A DNA stretch of 63,834 nucleotides, filler included, from Octopus bimaculoides (lineage: Eukaryota), in the NCBI RefSeq assembly GCF_001194135.2. It is 8 parts of 6 records of this genome, joined end to end, with 100 filler letters (N's around TTAATTAATTAA, not from the genome) between each part and the next. Parts side by side here need not be neighbours in the genome. Positions count along the whole stretch, not along the records: positions 34,317 to 45,552 come from NC_068987.1; positions 45,653 to 52,985 come from NC_068986.1; 6 more parts are not named here. One strand, 5' to 3'. The notes under the pieces were generated by a model. It was given only the letters and a program-made list of their open reading frames with translations, did not search any database and had not been told where the DNA came from. Both the position numbers and the translations under genes were made by a program. Positions 37,305 to 49,335 of this stretch are shown here, one piece after another (within the stretch, counting starts at the first letter, position 1; the number at the start of each line of letters is the position of its first letter).

Positions 37305-37753
37305 GTGGCCGTATATTGAACAGATTTTCACCAAATTTGGCAAAGATACTCATAACCCTAACCCTAACTCTAAAACCCGAACCCTAACCTTAAAACCCTA
37401 ACCTTAAAACCCTAAAGTTAAAACCAGTACAAACGCACGAATGATGTCATAAATAACAGTACCACCGATAGTTGTTGTTGACAAACAACGGCACTAATTT
37501 TATTCAAAGGAAAACATCCCATTAAACCGCCACAACGTGTTGTTTACAAACCACAGCAGTAATTGTTTTTCACCTCAATAGACGTCAGTGATTGGTTGAA
37601 ATCACCGAAATACGACAACTTTAACACGAAATAACTTTAAAAATATGAACTTTTCTCAACAACACTAAGAGTAAAAGATGTTTTTTTTATATGACACATT
37701 CTACCAGTGTCCCAAGTTTGAAAGTGTTTCGTTAGAAAACAAATGGTGTCCGC
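37305..37753. mobile_element. Non-autonomous insertion carrying a degenerate (CCCTAA)n tract
   Basis: TAACCCTAACCCTAAC...AAAACCCTAACC at 37353-37425; the unit abuts and truncates the hAT remnant. Left boundary approximate. Confidence 0.5.
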
Positions 37754-37754
37754 C

Positions 37755-38720
37755 AAATCAGAAAGATCCAAAATATCAAAAATAATGCAATGGTATTTAC
37801 TCTGTTTCGCTTTTCTTTTGCACTTGATCTTCCAGGACATTCACAAATATATTCTGAATTTTTGGTGAGAGATAGGAAGTTGTAAACTTATCAATTTTTA
37901 CTTTCACCAAATGTTCACATAGCACTGGGTCAAATTTTCCAATCATAAAATTTCCTTTATTTTCATTTGCCTCCTCAACTCAAATGTCTTCTCTATGGTC
38001 TTGTAAAGCTAGGTTTTACTTAGCAAGAAACATAATTATGTCCAAGAATCTAGTCAGGATTTACTTCTATTTCTTTGTTTCATTTCCAACAAGAGTTTGT
38101 TGTTCTTTGTCTATTACCTTGCTTTTGGAAAGGCAAATTTCTAGCTCTTTCCACTAAGTGAACGCATTTTCATGCACAGGACTAGATTCATGTTCTTGTA
38201 TCTTAGGATTCAACTTCTGCCAATATTTGAAACCATCAACTGAGCAAAACTTTGAGTTTTCACTTGAAAATAGCTTACAACTAAAACAAAACACAGCTTC
38301 TTTTGATGGAGAGTATGTCATCCAAGTTCTCAAGATTTTTTCCCATTTTGTAAAAGTTAAAAAAAAAAAAAACAGTTTTTTGACAGTTTTCTAGTCACCC
38401 CTTTTAGTTTTGTTATTTGTCCTGGACATACAACTTCTTTGAATTCACAATCAATATTTTGCACATCTTTCGATTGTTATTTCCCGAATACCATCACCGT
38501 GATTAAACTTAGCAGGCCCCATCCCAATATCTTTTAAATTAATATTAGAGTTTTGTTCTTAGTTTTTGGTGGATCAGCATCAACTTCATCTTCTATCGTC
38601 TTTTCAAGTTGCACTTCATTAACAACATCATCTCCACGACCTTCTACAGTAATACCAATTTCATCTGGATGGTCGGGTCTGATGAGAAATTTAATTATGG
38701 CACCTTCATTTCACCTTTCT
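37755..38720 (-). mobile_element. hAT transposase remnant (TTF-type Zn finger plus DUF4371-like region)
   Basis: LQNG/EKILRTWMTYSPSKEAVFCFSCKLF...GFKYWQKLNPKIQEHESSPVH; KFDPVLCEHL; YLSPKIQN; KYHCIIFD. Confidence 0.85.
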
Positions 38721-40339
38721 TTTTCCCTAGTTTTTCTTTTTTTCCAAAATGCTGCACTGCTGTCCTTAATTCACTTCATCTCAAATTATATCAGTGATAT
38801 TGTAAATTTATATGAATAAAATAGATAGAGTATAGACCAACTTAAAAAATAATCAACTTTCTGAATATCATTGACACACTGTCTTATCCAGTAACACACA
38901 ATATTATTGTATTAACAATATTATACTGTATGTTACACAATATTAACACACAATACAAGTTTACTGATGATAAATTAAAATTTTAAGGAAATTTTAATAA
39001 CAACTATGCATTATTAAAGTATATAATATTTATACTGCATTTTTATTAATGATATATTAATACAAATAAATTGTGCTGTCCAAGGCAGGATGTTTCTATA
39101 CGATGACTGTTTGAAGCCAACAAAGGTCTTTCTGTGTGGTTACTAGAAACAGCAATCAAATTCTCTTGAATCTGATCCAATTGTTTTATCAAAGGAAGTA
39201 AGTGTTTAACAATGTAGTATAAGGTGTAAAAAGGAAATTAAAAAAAAAACTTGATGGTCAAAACTGGAATGTCTTTCTTCATGTGTTGCCCCAATCAGCA
39301 CTGACTTGGAGCTAACAACCACCCATCACCTACACCTTCACCATCATTATTGGCACTGTCACATCACTGAAGACTTGGTCTTTGGATTTGCTTGTACCAC
39401 ATTACTGCAAATAGTACCTGTTCATTTTCCTTCCTGTCCCCTTTCCACTGTAACTGGGGAGGGGGTGAGGTTAAAATAATGTGCAAAAAAAATGAATAAT
39501 TTTTCTTTCCTTGTTTGGTAGAACAGGAAAACATTACAAGTGAGAGGTGTTGACTGGCTCGACCAATAAGTATATTGCCACTATTACCAATTCCATCATC
39601 ACCATCGTTGTTATCTGGATCACCTCATAGCTTTATGTTGATTTCATCAGCACAAGGAAACCCCACCTCTATTAACAATGCTGTTTCTGTCACCTTCATT
39701 CTCTCAGCATTACGGTTATCACTGATATAATTACATCATCCTCACCATCAACAACTGTACTTCTACTACTAATACTAATAGTATTACCATGAACATTATC
39801 ACTACATTACCTATATCATCGCTGTCTACATCATCTTCATCACCACCACCAATGAGTATCTGTTCTGTTGCTTCAACTACTGTCATCATCACCACCACTA
39901 CAACCAGCATCATCATCNNNNNNNNNNNNNNNNNNNNNNNNNNNNNNNNNNNNNNNNNNNNNNNNNNNNNNNNNNNNNNNNNNNNNNNNNNNNNNNNNNN
40001 NNNNNNNNNNNNNNNNNNNNNNNNNNNNNNNNNNNNNNNNNNNNNNNNNNNNNNNNNNNNNNNNNNNNNNNNNNNNNNNNNNNNNNNNNNNNNNNNNNNN
40101 NNNNNNNNNNNNNNNNNNNNNNNNNNNNNNNNNNNNNNNNNNNNNNNNNNNNNNNNNNNNNNNNNNNNNNNNNNNNNNNNNNNNNNNNNNNNNNNNNNNN
40201 NNNNNNNNNNNNNNNNNNNNNNNNNNNNNNNNCAATTAAAATCAATTTATTAAAAATTAAAATTAAATTAAGTTTCACAGTATAAATTATATATATATGC
40301 CCCCAGCCCATCAGGAATCACTACAGAGATGCTCAAAAT

Positions 40340-40538
40340 ATCTGGCAGTGTCGGCTGTTGTTGGATCAGGTAATGAAGGTCCCGGAGAGGGTCATAACAC
40401 AACTAATTAGGGAGAGAGTCAGTTTAGATGAGATGCAGTTTGGGTTCGTGCCGGGGAAAAACACCACTGATGCTATATTTTTGGTAAGACAGCTGCAGGA
40501 GAAATACCTAGCCAAAGATAAGCCTCTGTACCTGGATT
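40340..40538 (+). mobile_element. RTE RT fragment
   Basis: LLDQVMKVPERVITQLIRERVSLDEMQFGFVPGKNTTDAIFLVRQLQEKYL. Confidence 0.85.
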
Positions 40539-40539
40539 T

Positions 40540-40842
40540 GTAAGTCTAGTACTTATTCTATCGGTCTCTTTTGCCGAACCACTAAGTTACAGGGACGTAA
40601 ACACACGAGTATCGGTTGTCAAGCAATGTGGGGGGGACAAACACAGACACACAAACATATACACACACACACACATATATATGTACATATATATATTCAA
40701 TGGGCTTCTTTCAGTTTCCGTCTACTGAATCCACTCAAGGCTCTGGTCGACCTAAGGCTATAGTAGAAGACACTTGCCCAAGGTGTCACACAGTGAGACT
40801 GAACCCGGAGCCCAGAACCATGTGGTTGGTAAGCAAGCTACA
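40540..40842 (-). mobile_element. SINE family A, truncated
   Basis: Reverse complement of right half, linker and left half. Confidence 0.85.
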
Positions 40843-41517
40843 CCCCCCCCCCCACACACACACACATAAATACAAGGATTTTGTTCTGAAACTACATGTT
40901 GAAGTTGATGTTGTTATATTTTCATAGCATTATTATAGCTAAGAAAACTAAATATACAGTTGTGATTCGCTTCAGTGTTTTTAGTTATATTCTGAGATTG
41001 TTTTCATCATTCTCTTTCTGTGTTTTTTTTAATGAGTTTACCTTATAGAACAACATATCTGTCTATTTTGCTAGCTATCCATGCAACCGTGCAGCCAGGC
41101 TGTGTCAAGAATTTTGCTTTCCAAACACATGGTTATAATAATGCTATTCTGTAACACTTTGGGCACCTTTTAGTTGATCAAAGCCCTGTGAGTGGATTTG
41201 ATATACAGAACCTGAAAGAAGCTTGTCATGTGTGTGTGTGTGTATGTGTTTCCTTGTCTTAACATCACATAATAGTTGTACATGAATATAACCATCATGT
41301 AAGTGGTGTCATTCATTTCCAATCTTCTGTGCAAATATATTTGGTCTTGGGGAAATATTACCTCGCTTAGAAGCAGGTTAGAGTTGGTAACAGGAAGGGC
41401 ATCTAGCCATAGAAAATCTGCCTCAGTGAATTCTGTCTAATCCATGCAAGCATGGAAAAGTGGATGTTAAGATAATAATGATGAGGATGATGTGTGTGTT
41501 TGTGTGTAATATATATC

Positions 41518-41700
41518 GGCAAGCTGGCAGAATTGTTAGCATGCCAGGCAAAACGCTTACGTCCCAAGTCTGCCGAGCTTGATTTTGCCTTTCATCCTTT
41601 TGGGGGTCAATAAATTAAGTACCAGTTGTTTACTGGGGTCGGCCTAATCGACTGGCTCCCTCCCCCAAATTTTCAGGCCTTGTGCCTAGAGTAGAAAAGA
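41518..41700 (+). mobile_element. SINE family B copy
   Basis: GGCAAGCTGGCAGAATTGTTAGC...GCCTTTCATCCTTTTGGGGG...GCCTAGAGTAGAAAAGA. Confidence 0.85.
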
Positions 41701-42639
41701 ATATATATCGGCCTGTGTATCCATCTTCTCTTTCTCTTCATTCTTTTATATATGGCTATTGCCTTGTACCTTCTACCACCAAAGTGCTGAATCAAGCTTT
41801 ACTGATTCCATTCTCTCTTTCTCTCTAATTCAGTCTTGATTCTTTTTATCTCTGTTTCATTGTCTTTTATTTCTCTCCATCTTCACAATTCTTATACTAT
41901 TAACATTTCTTTTGCTTCCTTCTCTGTTTCATTTTTTGTTTCACTAAAGGTGCATTTAATTTCTTCTCTGATCCAGTAATCTTTTTATTTTCTCTGACTG
42001 CCACTCCCACTTTCACATTAATACCACTTCTTACTTCCACTCCTTTGTTCAACCTCCTTCTTCCATTATTTTGTCATTACTTTTTTTTTAATCATCTTAA
42101 TCTATTTAAGTAAGAAATCAGATTTTGAGGGTTCAAGTTCAAATGACTGTCATGACCAGACATTGATTTCTTTTTTATTAGGAATTTACCTGCTCATTAT
42201 AAAAATGCAATTGTAAGTTAAAGAGAAACTGAGAAATGTGGTTTTTGCTAGATAAAGGAAAGATGTATGTGGTTTTACAAATCTGAGTGTGCAGTGTCTG
42301 ATTTGAGTTGGTAGTGCTCCAGCATGGCTGCAGTCAAATGACTGAAACAAGTAAAAGAATAAAAGAATAAAATAAAGACTGATAAAAAGATGGAAACTGA
42401 AAGAATAAGAGATAGAACAGTATATGCAAAGAACAGCTGTTTTGGAATTTTCTATTTAACGTTGGAGTCTGAACACACCTTGGAGTTTCAAATTGTCATT
42501 GATGAGACAGGTGTAGGTGTGGATAGGCACAGATATACTATAGGTGCAGGCATGGGATATAGATGCAGGTGTGCTATATAGATCCAGGTGTGGCTATGTA
42601 GTTAAGAAACTTGCTTCCCAACCACGTGGTTTCTGGTTG

Positions 42640-43550
42640 AAATTGGTTATCCTCTTAGAGAAGATGGAGGCTTGCCATGCCTAGGTTGGACAGCAAGAAA
42701 TTTGCTGCTGATGGATAATTCCTTACAGCTCACTCTTGATGAAGACATTTAATGCACTCATTAATGTTGAGTTCTGAGCTTCAATAAGATCCATTAAATA
42801 TGACTGCAAATTTATTAACAAGTGATCTCTGAACAAAGCAAAACAATCAAGGCTGTTAGTGATAGAAGTAGTATTGGTTCAGAATAGTATTCTGTATATC
42901 TTACTTAATGTGGATATACTATCAAAAGCCAGAAAATTGCAGTATTCATCTTGAGACAGCTTCCCATGTAGGTGTACAGTGCGAAAAATGCACAGATGTA
43001 TATCAATAAGAGTCAAAAAGCATCCAACAGCAGTACTGAAATTGCTAAATCCTAAACAATCAAGGTAAAGTTATTCAATTCCAGTGAAGACAGTACCTGA
43101 TCAGCAATATATCTTTCATGCAGGATTTTTTTTTTTTTTTTTTTTTTTTCCATTTCCATTCATAAAAGGTAACCTAGCATTCAACAACTTGCTGTCCACT
43201 TGAAAAATGACCAATGGGTTTACTTCACTCCAGCAACTTCTACATAGAAAGCACAACATCCAAGAGACACAAGACTTAAAAGCTTTTTTCGAGCTATGCC
43301 AGTATAATTCTCTTGCAAAAACATTGTTGTAACATCAGATATGAGTCATGGAAATGAAAATAGCAAGGTGCCCACATATAAACCAGCCTGACAATGACAG
43401 GTCTTCAAGTGTGGCACCTTGCTTTCTTTAGTGTTAGTGCTGTTAGAAGAATGTATACTGTATATCAGTCAACATGAATGCTCCTTTACTGCTTCTTCTC
43501 CATGAAATTTGGAGTCCAAGTTTATTCTAATCTTTAGAAAGTCAAATGTA
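42640..43550 (+). mobile_element. Helitron Rep/helicase remnant
   Basis: GYPL; WIIPYSSLLMKTFNALINVEF*ASIRSIKYDCKFINK; IHKR*PSIQQLAVHLKNDQWVYFT; RMYTV...LLLLHE: conserved Helitron Rep-region motifs, heavily decayed. Confidence 0.8.
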
Positions 43551-43574
43551 ACATTTGCACTACTTACAAGGTAA

Positions 43575-44236
43575 TATGCTCCAAACACGGTAAGCCAACA
43601 GTTGTTCTGTGTAGTTTACCATCTGATCCTGGCAGAAATTTTCCTCATCTGAGAAAAACTAAAGCATGTTCAAGCTTGAGTTTGTTCAAAAGCTTTGTAT
43701 TGTGGTCTTTCCTCATGTCCTTGATGACTTGGGATAAAAATTGGCCCTTTCTCTTCTTGTATGAGGAATACTAAATGTCTTCATGCACTACCTGCCTGAT
43801 AAGAAAATCAGACACTCTTATGTAACCTGGCGATAGACCTGATTGACTTGGAGGGATCGTTGTCAATCATGGTCAGGATCTCACCAACAAACTCAGGAGT
43901 TCTTTTCTTATCAGAATGCTCAGACTGAGTTTTCTGAGCTGCTGTACTTTTGTAGTCACCATTAGACTCGTCTAACTTTTTTTGAATCCTCTGTACTGTC
44001 TTCAGATTGACACCCAAACACTGAAATATTTGTTTTGGAGCTTCCAGCATGAGTGCCAAGCAGTATGGTATGTTACTTCCAAATTTCTGGCAAAGTGAAT
44101 TGCATCATGGTGCTGTTTTTCTCACTGACAGTGCCCAAGTGACCCTAGTATACTGTGTAGTTAACAAAATCAAAAACAAACAATACGCATATGCAAAATT
44201 AAAAATATAAAATGGCGACAATTTACCCATTGCACC

Positions 44237-44239
<3 letters not shown>
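43575..44239 (-). mobile_element. Tc1/mariner-superfamily (maT-like) transposon, 5' half
   Basis: Terminus TA|CAGGGTGCAATGGGTAAATTGTCG; HTH region CLGVNLKTVQRIQKKL...SKSIRSIAR; FSDEENFCQDQMVN. Confidence 0.8.
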
Positions 44240-44279
<40 letters not shown>

Positions 44280-44704
44280 NNNNNNNNNNNNNNNNNNNNN
44301 NNNNNNNNNNNNNNNNNNNNNNNNNNNNNNNNNNNNNNNNNNNNNNNNNNNNNNNNNNNNNNNNNNNNNNNNNNNNNNNNNNNNNNNNNNNNNNNNNNNN
44401 NNNNNNNNNNNNNNNNNNNNNNNNNNNNNNNNNNNNNNNNNNNNNNNNNNNNNNNNNNNNNNNNNNNNNNNNNNNNNNNNNNNNNNNNNNNNNNNNNNNN
44501 NNNNNNNNNNNNNNNNNNNNNNNNNNNNNNNNNNNNNNNNNNNNNNNNNNNNNNNNNNNNNNNNNNNNNNNNNNNNNNNNNNNNNNNNNNNNNNNNNNNN
44601 NNNNNNNNNNNNNNNNNNNNNNNNNNNNNNNNNNNNNNNNNNNNNNNNNNNNNNNNNNNNNNNNNNNNNNNNNNNNNNNNNNNNNNNNNNNNNNNNNNNN
44701 NNNN

Positions 44705-44864
44705 CTTTATTTAAAAGCAGCAGAAATATAACAAAAGCTGTTACTCAGTTTCACGTTCCTGCTCGTCGGACAGTTTTGTTAAAATTTTAACAAAACTGTC
44801 CGACAAATGCGAACATGAAACTGAGTAACAGCTTTTGTTATATTTCTGCTGCTTTTAAATAAAG
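44705..44864. repeat. 160-bp spacerless palindrome made of two hammerhead family 3 units
   Basis: Two 80-bp arms centred on AAAA|TTTT (44784/44785); each arm reads ctgt-CCGACRA-stem II-GAAAC-tga-GTA-acag. Confidence 0.9.
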
Positions 44865-45262
44865 TATATATATGAAAGAGAGAGTTACCTTTACATGGAT
44901 GTATTCAAGCGTGCTTGCTTGCATGTGTATACAGTGAGGGGGCAAAAATCATTGCAGATGATTAACTTGATTGACTTGAAAAAATGCTTCAGAAGAACTT
45001 AAATAGAAAAATTAATCTAATCAAAGCTTTTCAGTTTTTGTTCTGGAGCTTTATTAATGATCAGTGTGTGTGCGTGTGTGTTAAGAAGTTAAATTCATGT
45101 ATATTTGAGACTGGTGAGGTGCCTATACTGCTAAGCGCTTTATAGGTGCAAAACCAATCGTCATCTGATGACTGGGTATCACATTTAACATCCTAAAAAA
45201 TACATTACTGCTCTAATGCTTTAGAGTATGCTTCTGTTTTGCATACATGAACTACTGACGAT

Positions 45263-45552
45263 CATCATCATCATCATCATCGTTTAACGTCCGCCTTCCA
45301 TGCTAGCATGGGTTGGACGATTTGACTGAGGACTGGTGAAACCGGATGGCAACACCAGGCTCCAATCTAATTTGGCAGAGTTTCTACAGCTGGATGCCCT
45401 TCCTAACGCCAACCACTCAGAGAGTGTAGTGGGTGCTTTTACGTGTCACCCGCACGAAAACGGCCACGCTCGAAATGGTGTCTTTTATGTGCCACCCGCA
45501 CAAGACCCAGTCCAGGGGCACCGGCAACGATCTCATTCGAAAAACCTCATGT
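45263..45552 (-). mobile_element. RTE 3' UTR/tail fragment, low divergence
   Basis: (CAT)n-CGTTTAACGTCCGCCTTCCATGCTAGCATGGGTTGGACG...GGATGCCCTTCCTAACGCC, CpGs retained. Confidence 0.9.
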
Positions 45553-45652
45553 NNNNNNNNNNNNNNNNNNNNNNNNNNNNNNNNNNNNNNNNNNNNTTAA
45601 TTAATTAANNNNNNNNNNNNNNNNNNNNNNNNNNNNNNNNNNNNNNNNNNNN

Positions 45653-45711
<59 letters not shown>

Positions 45712-46344
45712 AACATAATTTAAATGTAGCTACCAGATGAAATGTAAGTGTGAAAACCAAGTAGAATATATTTATAAGTTAAAGAGAGTTATTCCCTTTC
45801 TATGTGTTCTTATTGTGTAGAAAATGTAGTATAATGATGTACATGATTGCATCCCTACGCGTACAATTTCAGAATGTCAGGTGAATAAAATTAAAGGGAT
45901 ACTGTTCTATTACTTAGATAATGTCAGACTACGTAGGGGTAATGATACGTGAATGTGTAGAATGAGACTCTACGCTAAAAGAAAATTGGAAGCAACCGTT
46001 GAAGAATTTGAATACGACATCGGTATTTTTCTGGAAGTATTAAATGCTAAAGAAATTGGAATTTGTGTATATTCAGAGGTCGGAGTGCTGAAAAGGGTTC
46101 TGCTTTTAAATGTATAGAGAGAGGCCTGGTTAGAGGCCCAACGTTCTGAATTGTTTTACAGGGCTTAGAAAAGGTAAATGACTTTTGCAATGAGTGTGTG
46201 AATCTGAGAGTGGGAATATGTTGAATAAAATAAATTAACTCAACCTCTTGTATTTGCTTTTAACCATAGCCGGGAACTTTTCAGCATCCTATACACATAC
46301 ATACACACACACACATACTTACATATATATATAGTCTTTTAATC

Positions 46345-46705
46345 TTTTTCTTGTTTCAGTTATCTGACTGTGGCCATGCTGGAGCAACGTCTTTTAGTCG
46401 AGCAAATCAACCCCAGGACGTATTCTTTGCAAGCCTAGTACTTATTTTATCAGTGTCTTTTGCCATTCTTTGTAAGCCTAGTACTTCTTCTATCGGTCTC
46501 TTTTACGGGGACGTAAACACAACATCATCGTTTGTCAAGCGATGTTGGGGGGACAAACACAGACACACACACATACCAAATCCACTCACTCACTTGGTCG
46601 GCCCGAGGCTACAGTAGAAGACACTTGCCCAAGGTGTCACGCAGTGGGACTGAACCCGGAACCATATGATTCGTAAGCAAGCTACTTAGCACACTGCCAC
46701 TGCTA
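46345..46705 (-). mobile_element. SINE family A copy with internal duplication and deletion
   Basis: Reverse complement of both halves; TCTTTGYAAGCCTAGTACTT occurs twice. Confidence 0.85.
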
Positions 46706-46709
46706 AGCC

Positions 46710-46751
<42 letters not shown>

Positions 46752-47698
46752 CACATATACAGTGAGAAAGGTTGAGAGAGAGAGGTTGGGCAATTATGCG
46801 GATAAACTATATTATATACATCAGATACAAAATATGAATTACAAGCAAAACCAGAGAAAGCAAAAAGCGGAAGCTTTCAGATGATGAATGATTATGTAAA
46901 AATATGTACATATGTATATTAATAAATCTAACTGACAAGAATACAAAAGATAGAGAAAATTTAAGGGGTGGAAGACGGGTTCAAACTTTTTCTTGGAGCT
47001 CGATGATCCAAAATAATGTTGGTAGATTTAGTTCATCACAGTATGCGGCCTTAAGTCGTCTTAACTTCGACTTTTCAAAGAAAAGTCTCTTTCTATTTGA
47101 AACTGCATTTGTTGATCTTGTAACCGTAGCATGTTATGATATTCAAACATTTTAAATGCACTTGTGTTTTATCTATGTACGTGTGTGGTGCGTGTTGGGC
47201 AACAATTATGACGTTTCAATCAGTAGTACGTTATGTACGAGAAATGGAGGTGCATCGAATGTTTTTTTTACCTCTAGGCTTGTAGGCAAACCTACACAAG
47301 CTCAAAATCCACAGATACAAACATATGAGTGCGGGTGGTTATTCTATTACTGTCGGTGTGTGCAAGATTATACGTGTAAATATAAAAGTATGTGTGTACA
47401 AAAGCATATAGTTTGTGTAAAGTATGTATTTATATGAGTAGCGGAATTATACACAAAGGTTTCTTCATAGTTATATATACTATAAAGTATTACTTTAAAC
47501 TTTGAGGAATGATAAGATAAAATACAATAAATACGATAAAGTGCATGGGCGTGTGTGTCTGTGTGTCCGTATGCATATATTTCATGTATAATATATACAA
47601 AAGTATATATCTAGAGAAAATGGTGAGATATATTATATGAATACGTTGCTGCTCTAATGTTTCGACTGCTTCTCTTTTGGATATACGATCTTCTGAAG

Positions 47699-47738
<40 letters not shown>

Positions 47739-47997
47739 GTATGCACATTTATATACTAATCATTATAAATGCATGTGTGTGTCCATGTTTATATGTATTC
47801 ATAAGTGTGAGAGTTTTTGTCTGCAAAGCACTGTACATGTTTGTTTAAATATGTACTTTGAAGCAAACTTATACGTAATGTCGTTTTTTCGCAGGTCACC
47901 GCACACGGCATATGGATGCATTATTTTCTATTCTTCATCAACAGTGTGTAGCTAATTCTATTATTCTCAAAATTTGAAGATGGAGAATTTTTGCATT

Positions 47998-48039
<42 letters not shown>

Positions 48040-48432
48040 TCTTTCTCTGTTAGGATTAAAAGATTCCAAGTTCAGCGAGTTCCTTTCTGAGATAATGTTA
48101 AACATTAGAATGAAGTCAAGTATGAAGAACATATTTCTGTTTCATATCAGTTTAAAGTATTTGCTTATACAGTAGGGTTACTGTTGTACATGATTCAATG
48201 CATCGCTTTTGTACAAATGCTCAACTATACATGTTTGCCTTCTGGGTGTATACATATAAATATAAAAATGAGCTCATAGTTCTGAACATCGATTTGAATA
48301 TATACGTATCTGCTTATATCAGTCTATCTCGCAATCTACCTGTACTTAAATACACACACACACGCGCACACACACACACACACATACACACACACACACA
48401 CCCCCACACACACACACATACACACATACACA

Positions 48433-49335
48433 CAGGGCGCGGGGAATAAATTGTCGTTTAAATTACACAAAAATTAAAATAAGAGACATCTCATTTTAAC
48501 AGATATATTTACCAAAATTACATTAAAATATCTTGAAATACTAAATAGCATAAAATCGCCATTGGCTTCAACGAAGCCTCCATACGAGTTGGGAGTCTCC
48601 TGCAGCTCTTCTGGACAATTTCTTATTTAAGTTAGTGAATACTGCCATAATGCTTGCCTTCAGTTCATCTTTGGTGTTAGAACGAGTCTTTTTGTTTTTT
48701 TTGTTTTTTTTTGTGGGGGGAGGGTCTCTCGCTCACCTACACCTCACACATAATACTGAAGCAGGTTGCAGTCTGGGGAGTTTGGTAGATAGATGCTAGT
48801 GATGATGTCCTCGGAGAAATTGTCTGACAGCTATAACTGGGTATTCCTGCTTGTGTGGCATGTGCAGGTTATTGTTGCCAGATATAGGGTCTTCCAGCAG
48901 CCACCCGCTTGACATAGGGCAGTACTACCTTCTCCAGGCACTTGATGTAGGTCTCCGTGTTGATTCCGAGGCCGTGTGGAAAGATGAATGGATGCATAAC
49001 GTTGGTATTACTAGTGATCACTCCAAACACCATGATATTGACGGGGTGTTTGATTTATTATCGCTCTCGGTACATGTCCTCAGATTGCACTGTACTGAGA
49101 TTGACAGCTAAACATTCAGCAATGCTCGTATTGGAGTTTCCGAGTGGAAAATCAAGCAGTTCGGAATGTCTTTCCGAATTTCTGGCAGGATCAATTACGT
49201 CATAGTGCTGTTTTCCTCCCAGTTGGTGCCCAACTTACCCTACTTTGTTGTGTAATCTACAAACACAAAAAAATAAACAATGCGCATCCGCAAAATTAAA
49301 ATTATAAAAAGCGACAATTTACCGATTGCCTTCTG
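48433..49335 (-). mobile_element. Internally deleted maT-like (probably DD37D) transposon with both ends
   Basis: Imperfect TIRs sharing TAAATTGTCG; KHPVNIMVFGVIT, RPYIWQQ, PNSPDCNLLQYYV*G, NTKDELKA; 5' region homologous to the 43575-44239 element. Confidence 0.85.

Noticed and set aside
39590-39920. Ser/Thr/Ile-rich ORFs
   Set aside because: Decayed (CAT/CAC)n repeat next to a gap.
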